Shown here in pieces: positions 33,252-42,265 of a stretch of DNA of 64,000 nucleotides (positions within the stretch are counted from its first letter, which is position 1; each line of letters begins with the position of its first letter). Source of the DNA: Candidatus Krumholzibacteriia bacterium (GTDB lineage Bacteria; Krumholzibacteriota; Krumholzibacteriia; LZORAL124-64-63); assembly GCA_050174015.1 (NCBI GenBank), contig JBFXKG010000001.1, positions 1 through 64,000 on the forward strand. Reading direction: 5' to 3'. Made by a program: the position numbers and the translations under genes. Below the pieces are notes generated by a model. The model was not told where the DNA came from and did not search any database. It worked only from the letters and a program-made list of their open reading frames with translations.

Positions 33252-34158
33252 GGTCGTCCTCCTTCTCCTTGCGTTTGTCCCCGGCGGACTTCATCAGGAC
33301 GCTGAGCAATCCGAAGAGCATCACCGGGCCGGTGAAGCCCTTGAAGATGCCGTGCTGGATGGTCTCGGTGATCACGGGCGGAGCCTGCTCGGGCAGGGCG
33401 GGCAGGTCCATTTCCTCGATGGGCCGGTCGCCGATCATCAGCCAGCTGGTCCCGCCCACCTCGTGCTCACCGTAGATGTGGTTGTGGTAGCGGCCGGGAT
33501 CGTTCCGGATCCGGTTGCGGGCGAGTTCCAGCAGTTCGCTGCGCTTGCCGTAGACCAGGGCCTCGGGGGGGCACATGTCCACGCAGGCGGGCCGCCGGCC
33601 CTCTTCCATGGTCCGCTCGAAGCACAGGGTGCACTTCATCACCTCGGGAGTGAGCTTGTTGTGGTACTCGTAGGCGGGGATCTGGAAGGGGCAAGCCACC
33701 ATGCAGTAGCGGCAGCCGATGCACTCCCAGGCGTTGTAGGTCACCGGTCCGCGGGGGTCCTTCTCCAGGGCGCCGACGATGCACGCCGAGACGCAGGCCG
33801 GATCCTCGCAGTGCATGCACTGGACCTTCACGAACTTGGAGTTCTCGTTGCCCGGCAGGGGATCGTAGCGGTTGACGACGGTGAAGCTTTCGGCGTCGGG
33901 CCGCCGCATGTGTTCGAAGACGGACGTATCGTCGCACTTGGACAGGTCCCCGTGGGGCAGCCCGTTCTGCTCGGCGCAGGCCCATTCGCAGCGCCGGCAG
34001 CCGATGCAGATCGTCAGGTCGGTCAGAACGCCGACCCGGTCCGGATCAAGATGCTTGCCGTGGTCGGCGCCCAGGGCGGCGTCGACGCTTACCAGACCGG
34101 CGGCGGCCGTGGTCGCTGCGGTCCCGGTGATCTTCAGGAAATCTCTCCGGCTGACCAT
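33244..34158 (-). CDS. Tat-exported 4x[4Fe-4S] ferredoxin subunit (HybA/HmcB/NrfC-like)
   Basis: SRRDFLK, CIGCRRCEWAC, CMHCEDPACVSAC, CIGCRYCMVACP, KCTLC...CVDMCP, IYGEHEVGGT and a C-terminal TM helix. Confidence 0.9.
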   Translation of the reverse strand: MVSRRDFLKITGTAATTAAAGLVSVDAALGADHGKHLDPDRVGVLTDLTICIGCRRCEWACAEQNGLPHGDLSKCDDTSVFEHMRRPDAESFTVVNRYDPLPGNENSKFVKVQCMHCEDPACVSACIVGALEKDPRGPVTYNAWECIGCRYCMVACPFQIPAYEYHNKLTPEVMKCTLCFERTMEEGRRPACVDMCPPEALVYGKRSELLELARNRIRNDPGRYHNHIYGEHEVGGTSWLMIGDRPIEEMDLPALPEQAPPVITETIQHGIFKGFTGPVMLFGLLSVLMKSAGDKRKEKEDDHV

Positions 34159-34215
34159 GATCAACTCCCGTTTGCCGTGGCGCGGGTTCTCTCCCGGGAC
34201 CTTCGCCTTGGCCGT

Positions 34216-34758
34216 TCAGGTTCGTGGAGGCATGTCCAGCGCCTCCTTGCTGTTGCACACGAGGCAATCATTCCCGCCCCGGCCCCCGCAGCGCGGGCAG
34301 ACGGTCGAGGCGTCCAGTTCGGTCGCCAGGGTGAAGCGGATCACCCGGCGCACGAAATCCAGGAGCAAGAACTTCTCCTCCCTGGTGAACTGGTCCATCA
34401 GGGATTGCTGTTTCCGGTCCAGCAGGGAGTCGTAGGCGGAGACCACCGACCGCCCCTCGTCGTTCAGCTTCACCTCGGAGCAGCGCCGGTCCTGGGGACA
34501 GGAGCGGCGGCCGACCAGCCCCCACTCCTCCAGGCGGTCGATGTTCTTGCTCACGGCGGCGTTGCTGATCTCCAGGGTCCGGGCGATCTCCAGGATCTGC
34601 ATGTCCCCGGTGAAGGCGAGCATGCGCAGGATGGACAGCTGGTTCCTGGTCAGGGGGTAGGGACAGGCGTCCCTCCGGGTGTTCCCCTGGCAGGTCTCAT
34701 GAATGACCTGAGCCAGGATCCGGAGGTTCTCGCTGAGGGATGTGTCCAGTCGGTCCAT
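34216..34758 (-). CDS. MarR-family regulator with Cys-rich C-terminus
   Basis: LTRNQLSIL...EIARTLEISNAAVSKNIDRLEE.GLV.R...DRR...LNDEG; tail CPRC...CLVC. Confidence 0.88.
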   Translation of the reverse strand: MDRLDTSLSENLRILAQVIHETCQGNTRRDACPYPLTRNQLSILRMLAFTGDMQILEIARTLEISNAAVSKNIDRLEEWGLVGRRSCPQDRRCSEVKLNDEGRSVVSAYDSLLDRKQQSLMDQFTREEKFLLLDFVRRVIRFTLATELDASTVCPRCGGRGGNDCLVCNSKEALDMPPRT

Positions 34759-34760
34759 GC

Positions 34761-34817
34761 TTACCCCGGTTAATTATCAACCAGGTTAAGGATGGCATCC
34801 GTCCGAATAGCTGTCAA
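34761..34817 (-). promoter_or_regulatory. marR promoter with tandem palindromic operators
   Basis: Two 13-bp sites, TTACCCCGGTTAA (34761-34773) and TCAACCAGGTTAA (34777-34789), each one mismatch from TTAACCNGGTTAA. Minus strand TTGACA-17 bp-CATCCT. Confidence 0.65.
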
Positions 34818-34917
34818 GAATTAAACAGCAGATTTTCGGGAAAAAATCGCCGCAATCATCGCAAAAACAACAATTTGCAGAGTAAACTGGTGTGATTTGA
34901 GAAAAGAAAGATCGAGA

Positions 34918-36057
34918 TCAATTTATTGCGAGATCAGGGATCAGAACCTGGAAGGTCGTGCCATTTCCCTCGATGGAAGTGAAAGAGATCTTGCCTTTCA
35001 AGTACTTTTCGACAAACAACTTGCTTGAAAACGTACCCAGGCCCCGACCCGTCCCCTTGGTCGAGAAGGACCGCTGGAAAACCTGATGGGCCACCGCCTG
35101 GGGGATGACGCCGCTGTTGTTAACTTGAAAACAATATCCGCTCTCGCGGATGCGCCCATCGACCCGAACCTTTCCACCCGGAGCGGAAGCCTCGAGGGCG
35201 TTCTTGATCAGGTTGGAAAGGACACGGGTCAGGAGCACCCACCCCGTGGACAGACTCCGGCTCTCCAGGTCGTCCGACAGTTCGATCCCCTTGCCCCTCG
35301 CCACGGGGGCGGCGGCCAGGGACCGCGCCAGTTCCTCCAGGAAGGGCCCGGTCTCCCGCGCTTCGACGGTGAATTCCAGGTTGTCGTTCTCGGCGGCGAG
35401 CAGATCCCGCTGGGCGTTGATCTCCTCCACGAGCCTGCCCACGGTTTCCACCAGCAACGGGGCGTAATCCTGGACCTCTGCGGCCTCCCGGGAGTCCCGG
35501 ATCAGTTCGGACAGTCCGACCAGGTTGCCGACGGTGTTCATGACGTCGTGGAAGAAGACCTTTTCCAGGACCTCCCGGCGCTTGCGGTCGGCGATGTCCT
35601 CCACCACCATGATCGTGAAGGCCCGGTCGTGATGAATGAAGGGGCTGGCCTTGACCATCAGATCCAGGGGAATGGTGCCCTTGCCGGTGAGGATCCGGCA
35701 CTCCTTCCGGACCGTCCTGCCCTGCTGGGCCGCCAGGACCGCGGCCAGGGCTCCGCAGGTGGTGCAGGCCTCGCTTTCCCCGCAGCCCATGACGTGATCC
35801 CAGGCATGGATGCAATCGAGCAGCTCGCCGGGCCGGGTGCCCAGCACGGTTTCCAGATCGCTCCGGCCGTAGGTGGCGATCAGCAGGGTGTTCGCGTGCA
35901 CGATGTGCCGGTTGGGATCCAGGATGGCCACCATGGCGGGCATGGCGTCGATGACCCGCTGGAGCAGCAGGTCGGACAGGAAATCCTGATGGCTGGCGAG
36001 GATCTCCTCGCTGGAGGAACGTGCGGGGAGGGGGCGCAGCGAATCGGTCAGGGCCAT
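34918..36057 (-). CDS. Cytoplasmic PAS-domain sensor histidine kinase
   Basis: PAS domain with Cys cluster, H-box FFHDVMN, N-box NLIKNALEA, F/G boxes FQRSFSTKGTGRGLG. Confidence 0.88.
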   Translation of the reverse strand: MALTDSLRPLPARSSSEEILASHQDFLSDLLLQRVIDAMPAMVAILDPNRHIVHANTLLIATYGRSDLETVLGTRPGELLDCIHAWDHVMGCGESEACTTCGALAAVLAAQQGRTVRKECRILTGKGTIPLDLMVKASPFIHHDRAFTIMVVEDIADRKRREVLEKVFFHDVMNTVGNLVGLSELIRDSREAAEVQDYAPLLVETVGRLVEEINAQRDLLAAENDNLEFTVEARETGPFLEELARSLAAAPVARGKGIELSDDLESRSLSTGWVLLTRVLSNLIKNALEASAPGGKVRVDGRIRESGYCFQVNNSGVIPQAVAHQVFQRSFSTKGTGRGLGTFSSKLFVEKYLKGKISFTSIEGNGTTFQVLIPDLAIN

Positions 36058-36178
36058 GGAGGTCGTTTCCTTTTTTTGGGCCGCTCTTCCTATCGGCTGA
36101 AGAACGAGAGACCTAAAGATAACCTTAGTTCCCGTCGGATCCCCCGCATTGGTGAACTCCGGCCATCACCCTACGGGG

Positions 36179-37117
36179 TCAGCGCAAGAAGATCAACGCT
36201 CCACCGCCCACCGCCAGGACGATGCCGACGCCGCTGAGGACCGAAGGCCGGTCCTTGAAGACGACCCAGGCGGGAATCACCACGAAGATGGGTACGGTGC
36301 CCAGCAGGACCTGGGCGATCCCCGCTTCGGTGTTCTTGATGGCGATCAGGGAGATCCAGACCGAGATGAAGGGTCCCAGCAGCACGCCGACCCCGAGGAA
36401 GAGGAGCCCCCGGCGGTCTTCGAGGCGGTGGACCAGAGCCCGCAGGTCCTGCCGGGGCAGGACGAACAGCCAGTAGGCCGCGGCGGCCCAGACCATGCGG
36501 ACGAGGGTGCCGGACAGGGGGGCGGCCCCGCTGCCGGCGCTGGTCGTGCCGGTCATTCCCAGCTTGGCGAAGACGCTGCCCAGGCCCTGTCCCGCCGAGG
36601 CGAGCAGGGCGAGCAGGATTCCGGTGCGAAGGATGCCGGGTTGCAGTGAGGCGAACCGGCCGGCTCCGCCGTCCCGCCCGCGGGAGGCGGTGACGACCCC
36701 GGCGATCACCACCGCGACGCCCAGCAGGGCGACGGGGCCGAGGTGTTCCCCCAGGGCGCTCCAGGCCACCATGACGGTGAAGACGGGCGCCAGGGCCATC
36801 ATGGTCATCCCCCGCCGGGGCCCGATCAGGGTGAAGGACCGGAAGAGGGCCGAATCCCCGATGGCCAGCCCCACCACGCCGCTCAGGCCGAGCCACGTCT
36901 GGTCCTGCCAGGGGAGCCCGGTGGGATAGACGCTTCCGGTGACCACGAGGTGGGAAAGCCCCAGGCACAGGGCGCCGGCGGGCAGGCGCAGCAGGTTGAC
37001 GGCCGTCACCCCGAGCCGGGATCCGGCGATGGTGAAGAAGACGCTGGTCCAGGCGAAGATGAGCGCCGCCAGGATGGCCATGATCTCGCCGTAGTGGGGG
37101 ATGGGGGGCTGGGTCAC
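36179..37117 (-). CDS. DMT/EamA-family transporter
   Basis: Two EamA halves, SGVVGLAIGD..LF, LAPVF...LGE, about 10 TM helices. Confidence 0.88.
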   Translation of the reverse strand: MTQPPIPHYGEIMAILAALIFAWTSVFFTIAGSRLGVTAVNLLRLPAGALCLGLSHLVVTGSVYPTGLPWQDQTWLGLSGVVGLAIGDSALFRSFTLIGPRRGMTMMALAPVFTVMVAWSALGEHLGPVALLGVAVVIAGVVTASRGRDGGAGRFASLQPGILRTGILLALLASAGQGLGSVFAKLGMTGTTSAGSGAAPLSGTLVRMVWAAAAYWLFVLPRQDLRALVHRLEDRRGLLFLGVGVLLGPFISVWISLIAIKNTEAGIAQVLLGTVPIFVVIPAWVVFKDRPSVLSGVGIVLAVGGGALIFLR

Positions 37118-37216
37118 CGATGGCCTCGAAGGTCCCTGTCACGGGGAGCCGGAATTTGCTATACTGATGGGGTTCGCGGGACGGCTGGATGATCGTCGAC
37201 CCCGGGGGAATGCACA

Positions 37217-37807
37217 ATGAAAGCTTTCGCTGCCATGTCGGGGATCGGGCTGGCCCTGGGGATGACCCTGGGCGTTTTGCCTGCGGCGGCGGACGTCCTG
37301 GAAATTCCCCTCGATGCGATCCTGGGCGCCTATCCCGACGGCCAGATCGTCGAACGCATCGCCCCGTTCGATCTGGGGTTCAGCCCCGAGGCCGTCAGCG
37401 GGGCGTGGATCCAGTTCACCGGAGTGATCGAGGAGGCCTTCGTCGAGTGCGACGGCGGCATCGACGCCTGGCCCATGGAGTTCTACGCCATGATGCCCGA
37501 TGGCGCCTCGGGCAACCGGTGGCTCGCCTTCGAACCCTCCCGGCCCACCGCCGGCATCATCGCCTTCGCCCTGCCTTTCGCCACCGATCCCGATCATGCC
37601 GCCACCTGGGACTTCCTGGCTGACGGGACCGGCACCCTCCACTTCTATGCAGGCCCGGTGGGTTTGACCGGGACCTGCCTGCCCACCGGCGGACCTCCCG
37701 TGGCCGTCCTGGACGAGGCGGTCCTGGTCCTCGATCTCAAGACCTCCGTTCCTGTCGAGGCCCGGTCCTTCGGGGCGGTCAAGGCCCTGTTCCAGGGCGG
37801 ACGCTGA
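37217..37807 (+). CDS. Secreted hypothetical protein with C-terminal SFGAVKALF tail
   Basis: Signal peptide ending PAAA-D; ends VPVEARSFGAVKALFQGGR. Confidence 0.75.
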   Translation: MKAFAAMSGIGLALGMTLGVLPAAADVLEIPLDAILGAYPDGQIVERIAPFDLGFSPEAVSGAWIQFTGVIEEAFVECDGGIDAWPMEFYAMMPDGASGNRWLAFEPSRPTAGIIAFALPFATDPDHAATWDFLADGTGTLHFYAGPVGLTGTCLPTGGPPVAVLDEAVLVLDLKTSVPVEARSFGAVKALFQGGR

Positions 37808-37810
37808 GCC

Positions 37811-38506
37811 TCAGGTCAGGACCTCGCAGAAGATGCTGCAGTCCTCCACCGTGGTGATGCTCACCCCGTGGCCAAGCCCTGCCGACAGTTCCGCGAATCG
37901 GGCCGGACCGACGGTGGTGGCCGTGAACCCGTCGCGGCAGACGATGGTCCCGTCGCCGGTGGCGTCCTCGTCGAGGGGACCGATCAGGCCGTACTCGGCC
38001 TGCAGGCGGAACCATTCCAGCCGCTCGTGCCAGAATTCCGGCGCGTAGCTGGAGAACAGGACCTTGCCCCCGGGCGCGGTCACACGGACCGCTTCGACCA
38101 TCAGCGCCCGCTGGTCGACGTGGAACGCGGAGATCCCGTTCTGGATGCAGCAGACCTGATGGAAGGTCCGATCGGGAAAGGCCAGCCGGACGGCGTCCAT
38201 GCACGCCAGGTGCACGCCGGGGCGTTTCCCGAGCCGCCGGCGGCCGAGGGCGAGGCTGGCCGGGGAATTGTCGATTCCCACGAGGAGGCGTTGCGGCCCG
38301 GGCAGCAGGTCCTCCAGCACCCGCCCGTACCCGCAGCCCAGTTCCAGGACCTTGTCACCCGCCCGGATGTGCCCCAGGACGTGGTCGCTTTCGGCCTTCA
38401 GGAACCGCCGGACCGCCGGCGTCGCCAGTTCGTAGCACCGCAGCAACCGCTCGGCGGCCAGCTTCGCCTTGTAGTAGGATGAATCCACCATGTTCCTCCC
38501 ATTCAC
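37811..38506 (-). CDS. Class I SAM-dependent methyltransferase
   Basis: VLELGCGYGR, GIDNS, MDA, APGG. Start may be 38491. Confidence 0.88.
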   Translation of the reverse strand: MNGRNMVDSSYYKAKLAAERLLRCYELATPAVRRFLKAESDHVLGHIRAGDKVLELGCGYGRVLEDLLPGPQRLLVGIDNSPASLALGRRRLGKRPGVHLACMDAVRLAFPDRTFHQVCCIQNGISAFHVDQRALMVEAVRVTAPGGKVLFSSYAPEFWHERLEWFRLQAEYGLIGPLDEDATGDGTIVCRDGFTATTVGPARFAELSAGLGHGVSITTVEDCSIFCEVLT

Positions 38507-39402
38507 CGGCCGGCCGGGGTCGGCGCAGATTCGAGATCCAGCAGCACGCGCCCGGTCTTCTGCAGGTCCTTGGTGCCGATCAGGTCCATGCCCCCCGCCA
38601 GCAGGGCGGCGCAGACCTCGGCGGATCCCGGAACCGCGAAGACCCGAAGGACCCTGCCGGGCACCGCGTTCCGCGCCTGGCGGACTTCGTGCAGGCGCCA
38701 GGTGAACTCCCCGGGACGAGGCGGGCAGCCGTTCCAGGCGAATTCGTCCCGGTACTTCACGGTGATCAGCTTCAGGAGGTGGGCGGGGTAGCTTGCGTGG
38801 TCGGCCGGCAGTTCCTTGAAGTGGGACTGCACGGCCGCGTACCGTACCGGCTGGGCCGCCAGGTCGGCCAGGGGCGGGAACCAGCCGACCAGGATCACCT
38901 GGACCGGACCGGAAATGACCTCGCCGTCCCTGACCGTTGTCAGGATGTCCTCGTAGGTCGACAGCACATCGTGCAGCGCGTCGTAGGTCTCCGGGCCCTC
39001 GCGCTTGGATTCGATGTTCAGGTAGAAGACCGGTTCTCCGGGCTGGACGCAGCCCAGCCGGTCGATCCGCTCGCGCAGGGGACGCAGGTAGAGGGCCTCG
39101 AGGGTCCGGCCGGGCCGGAGGTCCTCGATGTCGTGGGCCACCAGCAGCTCCCCGTCCACCAGGAAGTAGTCGGCCTCCACCCCGCGGAAACCACCGTCCA
39201 GGGCATCCTGCAGGGGGCGGTCGTTCAGGTAGTCGTTGTGGGCGTAGGCGGGTAGGGTGGCGGGGAAACCGGCTGCGGGATCGGCGGCGGGAGCGGCTGC
39301 GGGACCGGCTGCGGGAGCCCCTCCAAGCGGGAGGATGGTTGACACGGCAACCATTCCGGCGACCCCGACCATCTTCCGAACCGATGCCCCACGCCTGTTC
39401 AT
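38503..39402 (-). CDS. Secreted PLC/GDPD-like phosphodiesterase
   Basis: YAHNDY...PLQDAL.GGFRGVEAD...LLVAHD...TLEALYLRPL, NIESK, IGTKD. Signal peptide. Confidence 0.75.
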   Translation of the reverse strand: MNRRGASVRKMVGVAGMVAVSTILPLGGAPAAGPAAAPAADPAAGFPATLPAYAHNDYLNDRPLQDALDGGFRGVEADYFLVDGELLVAHDIEDLRPGRTLEALYLRPLRERIDRLGCVQPGEPVFYLNIESKREGPETYDALHDVLSTYEDILTTVRDGEVISGPVQVILVGWFPPLADLAAQPVRYAAVQSHFKELPADHASYPAHLLKLITVKYRDEFAWNGCPPRPGEFTWRLHEVRQARNAVPGRVLRVFAVPGSAEVCAALLAGGMDLIGTKDLQKTGRVLLDLESAPTPAGR

Positions 39403-39887
39403 GGTACCGCGTCGATTTCCAGGTTCCCGTAGCACTTGAACTCCCCGACGGTCAGCACGCAGGCATAGATGCCGTCGGGCTGGAAAACCCCCTGCTCGTC
39501 CTCCCCGTTCCAGGCCACGTGGGTGATGCCTGCGGGCTGGATCTCGTCGACGAGGGTCCGCACCAGCTTGCAATCCTGGTCGTAGATCCGGACGAAGACC
39601 TGCGCCTCCTCCACGAGCGAGAAGCGCACGATGGTCAGGGGATTGAAGGGGTTGGGATAGGCGGGGTAGAAGAAGGGCTGCGAGGGGTCAGCCCCGTTGC
39701 CGGGATGGCACCAGCCTCCGTCGCCGCTGGCGCCCGTGACCGTCCCCTCCTCGTCCGTGGGGGTGATCCCGGTGAAGGGGAGGGGAGAACAGGAGCCGCC
39801 CTCGGGTTCGGCGGGATCGTCGGAACAGCCGGGACCGGCGACGACGATGCCCAGGATGGCGAAGGCCAGGAGCAGGAACGTGCGCAT
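39399..39887 (-). CDS. Small lipoprotein consisting mainly of an FlgD-Ig domain
   Basis: Lipobox-like GPG-C after a hydrophobic core, GITPTDEEG, YPNPFNP...WNGEDEQG...DGIY. Confidence 0.75.
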   Translation of the reverse strand: MRTFLLLAFAILGIVVAGPGCSDDPAEPEGGSCSPLPFTGITPTDEEGTVTGASGDGGWCHPGNGADPSQPFFYPAYPNPFNPLTIVRFSLVEEAQVFVRIYDQDCKLVRTLVDEIQPAGITHVAWNGEDEQGVFQPDGIYACVLTVGEFKCYGNLEIDAVP

Positions 39888-39916
39888 GAGGGAACTCCTC
39901 GGGGGCAGGGCCATGA

Positions 39917-40372
39917 TCATCGTGACTCCGGCCGGAGGCCCCGGCAGGCGATCAACTTTGCCGTGGCGGTGTGCAGGCGGTCCGGGTCGGGGGTGATGCC
40001 GACCCTGCCGAGGTCGAGGCGGTCCGCATCCCAGCAGGCCAGGATGGTCCAATCGTCCGTCGGCTCCTCGTGGGTGTGGTAACGGCAGGCGAAGGCCAGG
40101 CGTTCCCGGTCCACGGGCGAGATCCGCAGTTCGCTCGCGGCGAAGGTCAGGACGTAATCGGCGGCGCGGGGGCCGTGGTCGGGATCGATGCCCTCGTTTT
40201 CCCGCTTGCTGTCGTGGAAGTACGCGAACAGGGTGATCAGGCGCGATTCGAGGTCCTCCGCTGCGGCGATGCGCCGGCCGAATTCCGCGACCCGGTCCCA
40301 GTGGGGCCGGCCGTGGAAACGGTGGGTCCGCAGCGGGGCGTCGGCGAGGATCCTGGCGATCAGCTGTTCCAT
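39917..40372 (-). CDS. Small HD-domain metal-dependent phosphohydrolase
   Basis: HG.PHWDRV, FAYFHDS, HGPRAA, CWDADRLDLGRVG. Start MEQLIA. Confidence 0.82.
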   Translation of the reverse strand: MEQLIARILADAPLRTHRFHGRPHWDRVAEFGRRIAAAEDLESRLITLFAYFHDSKRENEGIDPDHGPRAADYVLTFAASELRISPVDRERLAFACRYHTHEEPTDDWTILACWDADRLDLGRVGITPDPDRLHTATAKLIACRGLRPESR

Positions 40373-40531
40373 CTGCGCATTCCCCGGGGCTGGTGGGCGG
40401 GCGTTTTTCGGGGGGTCGGCCGACCCGCTCGGCGGGGATGTTCCCCGATTCCGGCAACCCCGGCCTGGACGCGAGGTCATCCCTGACCATAAATTAGCGC
40501 CGTTGCCGAAACAAAACCAACGGGAGTCGAC

Positions 40532-41029
40532 ATGAACGAACCCATCAGGATCTTCGTCACCGGCGGGACCTTCGACAAGGAATACAACGAGCGCGACGGG
40601 AGCCTCTACTTCAAGGACACCCACCTGCGCGACATGCTCAAGCTGGGCCGCTGTCTGGCCGACGTCGAGATCCGCACCCTGATGATGGTGGACAGCCTGG
40701 ACATGGACGACGACGACCGCGACGCCATCGAGAACCAGTGCCGAAAGTGCCCGCGGGAGCGCATCGTCATCACCCACGGCACCGACACCATGGAGGTCAC
40801 GGCCAGGCGTCTGGGCGGGGCCATCACCGACAAGACCATCGTGCTGGTGGGGGCGATGATCCCCTTCGCATTCGGCAGCAGCGACGGCCTGTTCAACCTG
40901 GGCAGCGCCCTGGCCTTCGCCCAGAGCCTCCCCCACGGGGTCTACATCGCCATGAACGGACGCTGCTTCACCTGGGACAACGTCCGCAAGAACCGCGACG
41001 CGGGGATCTTCGAGGAACTCGAACCCTGA
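40532..41029 (+). CDS. Short-chain L-asparaginase (catalytic N-terminal domain only)
   Basis: TGGTFDK, DSLDM, THGTDTM, GAMIP...SDGLFNLG. 165 aa. Confidence 0.85.
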   Translation: MNEPIRIFVTGGTFDKEYNERDGSLYFKDTHLRDMLKLGRCLADVEIRTLMMVDSLDMDDDDRDAIENQCRKCPRERIVITHGTDTMEVTARRLGGAITDKTIVLVGAMIPFAFGSSDGLFNLGSALAFAQSLPHGVYIAMNGRCFTWDNVRKNRDAGIFEELEP

Positions 41030-41068
41030 TCCCGCCCCGCCCGCCTCGCGCTGCGCCGCCCGTTCTGC

Positions 41069-42265
41069 TCAGGGCATCTGCTTGAAGAGGTCCTTCAGGG
41101 CAGCCAGGAAGGCCTCGAGATCCTCCTCGGCGAGGGTCAGGGGCGGATCGAGCCGGAGCACCGGCGCCTTGGGCCGCCGGCCGACCAGGAACCCGCGCTG
41201 GACCAGGGCCCGGTGGAGCCAGGCGGTGCGGCTCCTGAGGCTGTCGTCGCCCAGTTCGATGGCCAGCATGAGGCCGCGGGAGCGGATGTCGACGATGCGG
41301 TCGGTGCTCTCCCGGACGGCCATCAGCCCCGCCAGCAGCCGGGCGCCGGTGCGGCGCCCCTGTTCGATCAGGCCCTCTTCCTCGATGACGTCGATGACGG
41401 TGGCCGCCACCGCCGCCCCCAGCGGGTCGTTCTGGTGGGATTGGGCGTAGGCGATCGGAATGTCGCCGAGCATCCGCACCGCCCGGGGCGAAAAGACGGT
41501 GGCGCTGACGGGATAGCCGGCCCCCAGGCCCTTGCCCAGGGCGACGATGTCGGGCGCGATCCCGTAGTGCTGGAACCCGAACCACTCGCCGGTGCGGCCC
41601 ATCCCCGTGGTGACCTCGTTCACCAGGACCAGCCCCCCCTCCTTCTGCACGCTCGAGGCCATGGCCTGGATGAGCTTCTTCGGCGGGAAGTGGACCAGCC
41701 CCGACGAACTGCCCGGCTCGAGCAGGTGTCCGCCGATCCTGTCGAAGGGGATCGTGGCGAAGTGCTCGCAGCCGCCCTTGCAGGATCGGGCGGCAGGGCA
41801 GCGCTTGCACACCGTCCAGTCGAAGAGGTGCCACTCTTCGGGCCGCTTGGCGTGGGCCGATCCGTAGGCCCCGAAGTAGGAGTCGGTCATCGTCAGCAAC
41901 AGCGGCCGGGGGATGACCATCCGGGCGGCCCGCACCCCGAATTCCACCGCTTCGCTCCCGGAGCAGAGCAGCACGCAGCGGCCGCCGTCGAAGTCCAGCA
42001 GGCCGAGCAGCCGCCTGGCGGTGTCCGCCACCACGGGGCTGGTGTAATTGAAACCGGTATGGGCGACGGCGGCCGCTTGGCGGGCCAGGACCTTGAGGAC
42101 CCGGGGATGGGCGTGTCCGATGGACGTGCACCAGACGCCCGATTCCAGGTCGAGGTACCGCTTGCCGCGGGAATCGGTGACGTGGCAGCCCTCCGCCTTG
42201 ACGATGTCATGGATCAGGAGTTCGTGTCCGGGCAGCCACTGCAGGGGGTTCTGATGGGGGTTCAT
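41069..42265 (-). CDS. Class III PLP-dependent aminotransferase (ArgD-like)
   Basis: GKRYLD, GHAHP, SGSEAVE, NEVTTGMGRTG, PDIVALGKGLGAG, RGLM. Start MNPHQ. Confidence 0.88.
   Translation of the reverse strand: MNPHQNPLQWLPGHELLIHDIVKAEGCHVTDSRGKRYLDLESGVWCTSIGHAHPRVLKVLARQAAAVAHTGFNYTSPVVADTARRLLGLLDFDGGRCVLLCSGSEAVEFGVRAARMVIPRPLLLTMTDSYFGAYGSAHAKRPEEWHLFDWTVCKRCPAARSCKGGCEHFATIPFDRIGGHLLEPGSSSGLVHFPPKKLIQAMASSVQKEGGLVLVNEVTTGMGRTGEWFGFQHYGIAPDIVALGKGLGAGYPVSATVFSPRAVRMLGDIPIAYAQSHQNDPLGAAVAATVIDVIEEEGLIEQGRRTGARLLAGLMAVRESTDRIVDIRSRGLMLAIELGDDSLRSRTAWLHRALVQRGFLVGRRPKAPVLRLDPPLTLAEEDLEAFLAALKDLFKQMP

Noticed and set aside
31947..34158. Calling a complete hydrogenase-2 operon
   Set aside because: No small (HybO) or large (HybC) catalytic subunit is present in the window.
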